Source: Macrostomum lignano (taxonomy: Eukaryota). Taken from it: DNA of 64,000 nt. A program made the translations under genes and the position numbers. Of the stretch, positions 26,001 through 37,985 are shown piece after piece; the first letter of the stretch is position 1, and every line of letters starts with the position of its first letter. The stretch spans positions 711,179 through 775,178 of the forward strand of contig NIVC01000104.1 in assembly GCA_002269645.1 (NCBI GenBank). Reading direction: 5' to 3'. The notes beneath the pieces are model-generated. The model saw only the letters and a program-made list of their open reading frames with translations, was not told where the DNA came from and did not search any database.

Positions 26001-29000
26001 TCTAGAACACCTGAAATAGGCTCTAGAACACCTGAAATAGGCTCTAGAACACCTGAAATAGGCTCTAGAACACCTGAAATAGATAACACAAGCAGCAATA
26101 CCTTCACATCGTCCCCACGCCTAGAGGCGGTCTGATACAGGCTAAGACAATTAGCGCTGCAGAATACAACTAGCTGACTGTTGGAATCGGCAGCTCCAGG
26201 CGCTAGCGGCGCCTCGACGCCCTCGGCTGTTAAGCGTCGACGAACAGCGCAATTGGGCGGCACGGGCGCTTCGCACTGGGCGCACACGCTAGGCTGGTGC
26301 TGTTGCTTGCTGGCAATCAGGGCGGATACGCTAACAGGATCTTCGGCGTGACGAGAGGCGGCCGGACTAGGCGCTGGAGTCGTGGGTCCGGAGCCGTGCT
26401 GCTGCATCGGGCTGGGCGCCCAGCTCCGAGCCGCTGCGCTGCTACCGCCGACTCCGCCAGCTCCTTGAACTTCGTAGTCGAATTCTAAGCCAAGCATGTC
26501 GGACAATGACCTCATCATGCTGGGCATATTGTTAGCCATGACTCCGGGCAGGCCAGTCAGGGTGAGGGTCACGCGAACTCGCTCCTTGTCCAGAGATTCG
26601 CCTGTCTCTTCGTCCACTCTGGGTCGCCTGCCGGCTGTTGAAGATGCAGACGAGGACGCAGGCAGAAGTTGGCGGTCGGATTGGTTTGCTAGCTTAGTAG
26701 GATCTGGTTGATGAAGCTGCGGATTCTGTCGATGATTAGCAACGTTAGCTACCAACTGCTGCTCGGAAACTGTTTTTGGCAATTGAGAAGCGGTTGAATA
26801 GCGCTCGGATGCAGATAGTGCAGCAGCTGGCGGCTGGGGTAGCACTGATGGACCTGCTGAATATACAGGTGCCAATTATCAATTAATAATCCTAGTCAAA
26901 CGATTGAGGATTCCGATCCCGAATATCACGATCTAGAATCCTGATCTCGATAATCCCCATCTAGAATCCTGATTCTGAATATCCCAATCTATGATCCTGA
27001 TCCCAAATATCCCTATCTATGATCCAGATCCCAAATATTATCCCTATCTATGATCCTGATCCCAAATATCCTAATCAGTGATCCAGATCCCAAATATCCC
27101 AATCTATGATCCAGATCCCAAATATCCCAATCAGTGATCCAGATCCCAAATATCCCAATCTATGATCCAGATCCCAAATATCCCAATCTGTGATCCCGAT
27201 CCCCAACATCCCAATCTATGATTCAGGTCCCAAATATCCCAATCTATGATCCAGATCCCAAGTATCACTATCTATGATCCAGGTGCCTATAATCCCAATC
27301 TATGATCCTGATCTCGATAATCCCAAACTTACCAGACTCTGAAGTGGCGTCCAATTCAGCTTTGACAAGATCGCCGCGACCACTACAACCCGAAGCAGCA
27401 GCAGCAGATTCGGCCGCAGACAAGCTGGTGGAGTCAGAAGAGCCAGCATCAGCGGCAGTACTATTAGCAGGCAATAGCAGGGCAGCCATAGGCAGAGGCG
27501 GAGTGCCAGACCGTGGCACAGAGGCAGCCTGGCTACAGTGGAAATCGTCACCGCGGTCGGGCGGCAGGCTGGCAATAAAATCGGCGCTAAGCCGCTTAGA
27601 CTCGTGTAGCCAGTGACGCTCGTGCAGTCTGACTAGCAGGTCGCTGCGAATCGGTTCGGCAGGCGGACAGATCAGTGTGCAGCCGGGCTCGGGTAGAGAC
27701 ACAGTGGCAGCGGCGGCTGCTGCGGCAGCGGCGGCGGCGGCGGCGGCGGGAGTGATAGTAGTGTTCAACCGGCGAGTAGCGTAAGGATGAAGCTCGTAGC
27801 GAGACACCGGCGGCCGGGGCTCCGGCTGCAGCGGCGCCGCAGGCAGGGGGCGGCCGGTGCCGGGCGGGGCCAGCGGGCAGAGGTCCGAGCGAAACCGAGG
27901 ATCTTGGAGTAGGCCGCGAGGCGCGCCGCTGACGGCTAGTCGAGCACGCATTGCTTCTAGTAGAGCTACTGGCGACTGTTGTTGCTTCTGCATTTGCTGC
28001 TGCTGACTGTCTCTCTGCTCTAGCGACTGTTCGCCAGATTCGGCAGCCGCCGACGCCACCGTCGGAGCAGCGGCGCCTTTGCGTCGCTTTTTAGAGCCAA
28101 CCGACAATTGTCGACCAACAAGAGGCGGAGGCGGCGGCGGCGGCAGAGACGAGGATCGCGAGGCGTCGTCTTCATTATTGTTGACGACAAAGTCGTGCTC
28201 GTCCGGATCGTCCTCGGCAGCGGCGGCGGCCTTCAACACGGTGTCGATAGTGTTGAATAATTTCGACTCGCTTTCTACCGACATTGAAGACGATTTATTG
28301 AAATTAAGCTTAGCGACGGCAGTTGCCGACGTTGCCGACATCGACTGCGACTCATTAGAAGTTGTCGCGGCTATCGTTGTCGCGGTTGTCGAAGTTGATA
28401 TCGACGTTGTCGCCGCTGTTGATGTCGACGATGACGCAGTCGCTGATGGTGGCTGCGGCGACGAAGTTGACTGCGGCAAAGCTCGCTGCTCAGACGGAGT
28501 TAGCATTGGTTGTTGCACTAGTAAAGTAGACTTTTGCTGCTGCTGCTGCAGATGCTGCATAGACGGCCCCGTAGTATTCGACAACTCAGCTGAGTTGACG
28601 TTGCCGTCGGAGTGTTCAGCTGCAATAAATAGATAAATTTAATGCGATAATAGCTTATATGCGGTGTCATAAATATGTCACTGATGTAACTATAATCACT
28701 GACTCTAATCAACTACGAGTTATAATGAGGACTGGGAGGTCGCCACACACACACCCTCAATTACCACAGCTAATGCTGGCACCCATTTTACAGCTGGATG
28801 AACTGAAGCAATGCAGAGTCGAGTTAAGTGTCCTGCTCAAGGACGCAAATTGTTCCGTGGGATCCTCTAAGCGTCGTCAAAAATGATCACTATTTTTAAT
28901 ATTGATTTTCACCTTTAATCTGAGGCCGAGCCTGATGATGATGCAGATGCAACAATTGCTGCTGCTGCTGTGGTGGATAGGCCGTTGGGACAGGGTAGGC

Positions 29001-32000
29001 GGCTGGTCCGTAGCCAGACGGCGGCGGAGGCCGAATGGTAACGCCGGCAGCGGGGCTGTGAACCAGAATTCGAGGCGAAGCTCCGCCAGCTGACGGCACC
29101 GCAGTAGTCGGAGCGGCACCAGAGGCAGCGGCGGCTCCTTCGTGCTGGAAATTAGCCGCATTAGCCTGAATGTTCTGCATCTCTTTGTTGATGTCGCCAA
29201 TCTGCTGACGAATTCTAGCAGCCTGAGCGTCGGATGCGGCTACCGAGGCGGCGGCGGTTGACACCGGAGCGACGCTGGTGGCAGCTGTGACAGGCGGTAC
29301 AGCAGACGTAGGCGGAGGCTGCTGCGGCTGCTGCAAAGCAGATGGCCGCGGACTGGCTAGTCCAGCTGCCTGCAATTGCTGCTGGATATTTTTTAACGAA
29401 GCCTTCAAATAGTCGGCTTCTTTTTGCAATTTGAGAACTTCTTCGCTAGTGCGATCCAAATCGTCTTGGTCCTGCTGCTGCAGCAGAGTCTGGTTCTTCT
29501 TCGCCTGAGTTATTGAATAAATGAGTTTATTAATTAATTATTGCACTAATTATTAAATATGGGCAACACAGGCCGATTCTCAAAAACTCATGCCATTTTA
29601 ATAATAATAAATCTGACATACAGGTAAATAAGGTGAGCTAATATTATCACGAAGTCATGCATGGGTAGAATTTCACATTAACATCATAAAAAAACAACAT
29701 AAATACTGGGATTTCAAAGATGCCAAGGGTGCCAAGATACAAATTGGAAGTTGTTGGTAGGTCAAGGCCGACAAGCCAAATTTAGATCGAAGGGAGAGTT
29801 AGAGACTTTTGTGCTAAAGCTCACGGGGGGATAATTTTCCTTAGGATACTAACAATGCAAGGTCAAAACCTACAAGTAGTTTATTCAAAACAATGTTTAC
29901 TTCTTTCTTTGTTGCCCATCCCCCCCCACGGGGGGGCGCAGAAAGCTAGTCCACTATACTAAAAACAAGTTAAGCCTTAGCTTATAGACAGCATGCTCCG
30001 GGACAGACAAGTCTCGCACTGCAAAAAATATTATTAACATTTTCATCTATCATCAGCCCAAATTTTGCTTGCAGGTTGCCACGCAGATCGTGCAGGTCTC
30101 TGAGAAGACAGTCCAAGCAAAATTTCGAGAAACCAAGAGCAACTAATTCTTTCCCCTATAGTTAGTCCTATTTTATTTTACCGAAACAGTATCTTCTCCT
30201 TCTAATGCGTCGGGATCGTTGAAAAAATCGTCCAAATCAAACGCAAACGCCTGCAAAATATGCATAAAAATTTAACTATAGAATTTACAACATAGCAACA
30301 AAATTAAAAAGTAATTATTCAGTTTTGACAACTTTGTTGTTTATTGCTAACAAAATTAACCTTTCCGAGGGACTCTTCAAGGAACAACCGCTGAAAAATG
30401 ATTCTTTACAAATGCGAGCTACAGAAGAAGCTTCACACCATTAAATATTGATTATTAGTAAATTATATATAAACAATAAAGAACAACAAAGGACAACAAA
30501 AACTACTCACTACGCGACTTTTAGCGCTAAGATTCTTCTTCACCTTGCGTTTCTGTGATAGCGCTTGTTCAACATCTTTTAGGAGCTTTTCCAACTGTAG
30601 GCGCTGGAACTCCAACTGCTGGTGATGCGGATGTCGCTGGAACATTGGATTCTGCGGCAGCGGCTGCTGCTGCTGATGCTGCTGTTGAGTCCACACCATC
30701 TGATGGAACATCTGCTGGTGCTGCTGTTGCGGAGGCTGATGCTGAGGCGGATGCATAACAAAACTATGCGCTGGATGATGATGCATGATAGTTGGAGCTA
30801 TTTTTGGCTGCTGCTGCTGCTGATGGGCCGGCTCATTGTCAAGTAGTTGTTCAACCTCCTCCGCTGAGAACGAGATCAGATGATCTTGTTGCTGCTGTTG
30901 CTGCTGCTGTTGCCTCTCCTGTTGCACCAGCTCGTCTAACGGATCCGCCTGGTGCTGCTGCCCTGCAGCAGGACTAACTAGACTAGCACCGCCATTTTTA
31001 CTACCGACACTGTGCTGACGAGACACCACGGTCGGAGCCATCATTGAAGTTGTTGTCACTGTTGACATAGACGAAGCTGAAGACGATTCTACTAAAGCTG
31101 CAGCGGCTGCTGATGGGGAAGTTTCTGACGCATCGGCTGGCGGACTGCAGTAGTTCTGGCAATCGGCCAGGACGCTACTGATGGTGTTGTCCAAATTCTG
31201 CGCTCGAATATCGGCTGCGGCAGCGGCTGCTGCTGCTGCTGCGGCGGCATCTGCCGAAGCCATGGAAGAAGCCGCTGAAACCGAAGAAGAATTCGTCGCC
31301 GTCGGCTCAGTTGAAGCAGCAGCCGACGATACGTTGGCCATGAGCAACTGCACTTGGCCGGTTAGACAGTTAGCGGCTGGCAAATCGTTAGCCTCGTTTC
31401 CTTGGTTACTAACACCGGAATTACTAGGCTCGACGCTATCATCCGGTTCTCGTTTTAACTTCTTTTCATTGCTAACGCCGCTGTCAAATTCGTCCTTTTC
31501 GTCGCTGTCTTCTTGATCGCACTGTCTGCGCTTTTTACTAACTGGCGAAGCGGCGTCAGCGGCCAAGCTCTCAGCCATTGTGTTGCAGCCTAACAATTTA
31601 AACTGGTTGGAAGGCTCTTGCTTCGCTGCCGTTGCTTCGGCTTGCTTCGGAGTTGCTGCTTCATCTTCATCATCTGTGCCGCAGTTTCCGCTCCCTGGTT
31701 CACAGCGTACAGGTTTCTTCTTAACTGCAGATTCATCTTCATCATCTGTGCCGCAGTTTCCGCTACCTGGCTCACAGCGTACAGGTTTCTTCTTAACTGC
31801 AGATTCATCTTCATCATCTGTGCCGCAGTTTCCGCTACCTGGCTCACAGCGTACAGGTTTCTTCTTAACTGCAGATTCATCTTCATCATCTGTGCCGCAG
31901 TTTCCGCTACCTGGCTCACAGCGTACAGGTTTCTTCTTAACTGCAGATTCATCTTCATCATCTGTGCCGCAGTTTCCGCTACCTGGTTCACAGCGTACAG

Positions 32001-35000
32001 GTTTCTTTTTAACTGCATATTCATCTTCATCATCTGTGCCGCAGTTTCCGCTCCCTGGCTCACAGCGTACAGGTTTCTTTTTAACTGCAGATTCATCTTC
32101 ATCATCTGTGCCGCAGTTTCCGCTACCTGGCTCACAGCGTACAGGTTTCTTTTTAACTGCAGATTCATCTTCATCATCTGTGCCGCAGTTTCCGCTCCCT
32201 GGCTCACAGCGTACAGGTTTCTTTTTAACTGCAGATTCATCTTCATCATCTGTGCCGCAGTTTCCGCTCCCTGGCTCACAGCGTACAGGTTTCTTTTTAA
32301 CTGCAGATTCATCTTCATCATCTGTGCCGCAGTTTCCGCTACCTGGCTCACAGCGTACAGGTTTCTTTTTAACTGCAGATTCATCTTCATCATCTGTGCC
32401 GCAGTTTCCGCTACCTGGCTCACAGCGTACAGGTTTCTTTTTAACTGCATATTCATCTTCATCATCTGTGCCGCAGTTTCCGCTACCTGGCTCACAGCGT
32501 GGCTGCGGCGTCTCAGGGGCCAGCGGCGGCTGTGACGCTTGAATTGACATCATGGACATTGCCGACGATGCCGACATCTGCATCGGCATCGATATAGATA
32601 TTGGAGTCTGTTGAGGCTGCTGTTGCAGGCTCTGACTATGCTGATGATGTTGCTGCTGCTGCTGCTGCTGCTGTAAATGCACAACCTGTTGATGATAATG
32701 ATGAGGATTTCCAGTAACCAGCAAACCGCCTGGACCAGCTGACACAGCGTGCTGTTGCTGTTGCTGCTGTTGCTGCGGTGACTGCAAAACAAGCTGAGGA
32801 CCCGATGGTTGCTGCTGCTGAGGATGAAATCGAAACTGGCCAGCAGAGACAGCCGCCACTGCACCGTCCTGAGATGCGGCTGGCATAGCAACAAATTGAG
32901 CCTCTTGATCGTGTTGCAATTGCTGCTGCTGCTGCTGATGATGATGTTGAATAGACATCGGTGGCCGAGTGAAGTAACCAGCGGTTGGTGGTACAATAGC
33001 CGTTGGCGGCTGCTGCTGATGCTGCATTGGTTGCAGATGCGGGCGCATGGCTGTCATGGTCATCTGCTGAGGTTGCTGCTGCTGTTGTTGTTGATGCATA
33101 AAAGCAGCTCGCTGCTGTTGTTGCTGCTGTTGTTGCTGCAGCAATAGTGTGGAAAAAGCGGCGTGCTGAGGTCGAACAATCTAAAATTTAAATAGGACAA
33201 TAAAATTAATTTAATTAAAATATAGCAAGCATTATTAAAATAACAGCTCCTGAGATGTGGGACAAGTGCTACACTAGTTGCCAACCTGCTGCTGCGGCTG
33301 TTGCTGTTGCTGCTGCATCGGGTGCATCCGACCATAGCCGGGCCCACTGACGCGGGGGCCCACACACCGGGGCAGCTGGGGAAGCGGCGGCTGCGGTGGA
33401 TCCACGATTGGGATCGCCGCTAACTGCTACAGACACGGCTGCTGCGCCAGAGACTGCAAAACGATTTGGGTCTTTCGTATAATTCAAGGTGTTGATCGGG
33501 GTTTTAATTGTCTTGTAAATTTTTCACAGTATCTCATATTCTAGTGTCTCATGCATCCTTTCTCAGTATCTCATATTTTAGTGTCTCATTCATCACTCCA
33601 TCAGTATCTCATATTCTAGTGTCTCATGCATCACCCCCTCAGTATCTCATATTCTAGTGTCTCATGCATCACCCCCTCAGTATCTCATATTTTAGTGTCT
33701 CATGCATCACCCCCTCAGTATCTCATATTCTAGTGTCTCATGCATCACTCCCTCAGTATCTCATATTCTAGTGTCTCATGCATCACTCCCTCAGTATCTC
33801 ATATTCTAGTGTCTCATGCATCACTCCCTCAGTATCTCATATTCTAGTGTCTCATGCATCACTCCCTCAGTACCTCATATTCTAGTGTCTCATGCATCAC
33901 CCCTCAGTATCTCATATTCTAGTGTCTCATTCATCACTCCATCAGTATCTCATATTCTAGTGTCTCATGCATCACTCCCTCAGTATCTCATATTCTAGTC
34001 TCTCATGCATCACTCCCTCAGTATCTCATATTCTAGTGTCTCATGCATCACTCCCTCAGTATCTCATATTCTAGTGTCTCATGCATCACTCCCTCAGTAT
34101 CTCATATTCTAGTGTCTCATGCATCACTCCCTCAGTATCTCATATTCTAGTGTCTCATGCATCACTCCCTCAGTATCTCATATTCTAGTGTCTCATGCAT
34201 CACTCCCTCAGTATATCCACCCACACAGCAGCTCCTGAAGATGAAAAGCTTACTTGATCGCTGATCTTGCCACAAAGAGACATTATTAGGTTGCTGCAGA
34301 ACCTGAGGCGACTGCGGCTGCGCCTGCGGCTGCACAACAGGCACCGGCCTACCATCTAGCAGAGTCTTCTGTATCTGTCGCTCCTTGCTCTGCTTAGCCA
34401 GCAGTTCGCGCAGCTGTACGCGGGAATCACCGCCAACGCTAGCAGGATCGACGCCAGATTGCTGTTGGGGAAAAATGCAAGGCAAAAAACAACAATATAC
34501 ACAAATTATTTTGACTCCTGTGTACTTTTCGCTTCAAGAAAAAGAAGATGAAGTGTTTATAATTGCATTTTACATTTTCCCAAGTGCGCAGCAGGATACA
34601 CGCTAGTGCTTCAACTATTAGCCATTTTACTATATCTATAGTAGTACATATTATGCACACCCATACAACTGGCATTAAAGTGTGCGCCGTAAAAAAAGCG
34701 AAATAGGATTGAACAGTGGGGTCGGGGTTCGAGTGGGAGGCGGGTCACGCGGGGATGCCGATCGCCGATCAAGATGGGATAAAAAAAGATGGAAAAGCAG
34801 AAAAGCCGGAGTGTATGCTGAGGTGCGTGCGCACAAAAGTTGTGAATGACAACTGCTGTCTCGCTCAGCCCAGATATGCATATGCATGTATATCTACATA
34901 GAAAGGCGGAAACCTCATTCACGCAAAACTCTCCCCTACCAAGGCCTTTTTCAAGCATTAAGCCGCCATCCTTCACTCCTCTTTCAGCAACCCTGAAACT

Positions 35001-35601
35001 CTACACAGTTCGGACTGAATGAATACTGGCCTATAGCTATATAAGCGTATAAACATATATAATATAACAGATACTACACTGATCTACTGATATTATTTTG
35101 CTTACGCAATGCAAAAAGCTACTCTGTTAGATTAAATGAACAATTCTAGACATAATAATTAATAAATAACAATGGCAACAAGTTATAATAATGATATAAT
35201 CTGTAAGGGCACAATATAACCAGGCAGGTCAAACGCTAACATAGACAGGCACATATACCGGTAATATTAATTAATCATCCACAGAAGGACCCTTCTCCCC
35301 TTAAATTCATCGTCGGTCCTTAGCCCATCTGCCTGTATCCCGCATAGCTGCAACTAGGGGTAAGCCAGAGCTCCCCCCCCAGCTGATAACTAAAGCCATT
35401 AAAGCCACTTCCATCACCTCTATTTTTCGTCTATAAATAATTTCATATATACAAAAATGATTACTCAGACCCGTCCCTGCATGCCTATGGTATAATCTAT
35501 GACTTACCTAAAACTAATATATCAATACACACACTACACTATGCTAAAACGCGTTAAATAGATAGACAGACAGATAGTTAGATAGATGGAAGGTAGGTAG
35601 G

Positions 35602-35665
<64 letters not shown>

Positions 35666-35681
35666 CAGATAGATAGATGGT

Positions 35682-35753
<72 letters not shown>

Positions 35754-35754
35754 C

Positions 35755-35826
<72 letters not shown>

Positions 35827-36042
35827 CTCTCTATCTCTCTATACAAATTTACGAAAGGGCAAAATATAGTAAAAATGACATGACAGAAACTATGAAGCCA
35901 CTAAAGCCTACATTATTAACCCTTTCAGCAACCCATATACAGTCATATCTATGCTTTACCTGCCACCCTATATAAGCATCCCTCACTCCCCACTAGCGTC
36001 TAATTAATTTCTGCTGGGCAAGATGGGGTGGCAGGGGCTGGA

Positions 36043-36100
<58 letters not shown>

Positions 36101-36890
36101 CCCAAGGATTTACAGAACGCAGGATATAAAAAGACAACCTCTGCATCGCCGCACAACCGGTGCGGCGGGCGAGTTCGAAACACAGTTAGTTAGGTAACTC
36201 TAAAAAGCCAAGGACGACTAAGATACTAGATTGTGGATTAGAAATATAACCGCCTAGATATAAAACCAAAGACATACAACGACAGGAGAGGCAGGGGTAG
36301 CAGGTCAAAATAACTTGCCTAAAGTTATAGCCCAACCCCCTAACCCAATTTTACTTTGCTACTGTTGTTGTCACTGAAATTCCAAACAATAAATCGCACT
36401 ACACGGCAGTGCACAGAGGTCCCATTCAGAATCAGGCAGAGATATGAACTAGGATCGAAAGTAAAGGGGGAGACTCGGGAGAGTTTTAAAATTACTCTAC
36501 CCGCCCCTCTCTCTCCGTCTCTTTCAACGTCAGTTGCCCTTGCCTGTTGTTACCGTATACTTGCATTATTGCGATGGGGCTGGCATGCAGGCAGGCGGTC
36601 GCGCACGCTGAGGCAACACAGGGAAGATACTAAAAAAACTACAACAGTAGCAGGGATGTTCGGGTCAAATGCAAACTGACGGAAGGCAAACTTTTTGGAG
36701 CTATTTTTGCCCTCTCAGAGACTAGATAGAGAATGTGATGTCACTTTCTATCACCGTTTACGTCCATCATTGTATTATTTGCAACTTTGCTGGCCATCAT
36801 TCAATCTATCTATCTATCTATCAATCTATCTATCTATCTATCTATCTTCTATCTATCTATCTATCTATCTATCAATCTATCTATCTATCT

Positions 36891-36985
<95 letters not shown>

Positions 36986-36986
36986 G

Positions 36987-37020
<34 letters not shown>

Positions 37021-37026
37021 ATTCTG

Positions 37027-37093
<67 letters not shown>

Positions 37094-37094
37094 G

Positions 37095-37128
<34 letters not shown>

Positions 37129-37134
37129 ATTCTG

Positions 37135-37193
<59 letters not shown>

Positions 37194-37194
37194 G

Positions 37195-37243
<49 letters not shown>

Positions 37244-37895
37244 TTATCTATCTTCTATCTATCTATCTAAAAAGCACAACACGCAAGGTTGAAACACACA
37301 ATCAATCAAAAACAACACAGGAAAGTCTGAAAGTGCCGCCAGGGTGGGTAGAATTCAGGCAAGAGTTACTAAAAATACGAGCAGGCAGCAAATCCCAAAG
37401 CACACACAGAAAAATATTTATGCGAACTAAAGCCGCCAGGGAATTATAATGCAGGCAGAGAAAAATATATTGAATTGGATTATTGCCCCAGCTTTGTACA
37501 AATTGAAAATGAAGGCAAAACAGAAACATAGGAAATTGGAATTCGTGAGCTGAGCTCGCCGAGCCCCTCGCTATATTTGCGATCTTTCTTCTTTGACAAC
37601 AATTCTAGTTTAATGTCGATTTTCTTCTGTCTTCCCACTACCTGATTTATTCCCCCAGGGCTTGTTTTACTGACTTAAAAACTCCAATTCAACTTTATAC
37701 AGTCACGGCACGGCAGCAAATTTTTGCAAAGTTCCAACCTTTGACTGACTTAAATTTCCGGTTTAACACTTTTAGATACGAGATCCAGACAATGTGTAGA
37801 TAAAAGGGGGTGGGGGAGAGTCATGGGGGGAAGAGAAACTGAGCGTGGCAATAAAACAAAAAGCATTTATTTATTTATCTATCAATCTATCTATG

Positions 37896-37926
<31 letters not shown>

Positions 37927-37943
37927 TATCTATCTATCTATCC

Positions 37944-37985
<42 letters not shown>

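Noticed and set aside
24854-26101. (SSGVLEP)n tail of the 673-aa ORF as part of KMT2
   Set aside because: Clear donor at 26101 and acceptor at 24743 join in phase around it; treated as intron.
28079-32542. Plus-strand ORFs of 185-320 aa
   Set aside because: Antisense shadows of GC-rich KMT2 exons and the 72-bp repeat.
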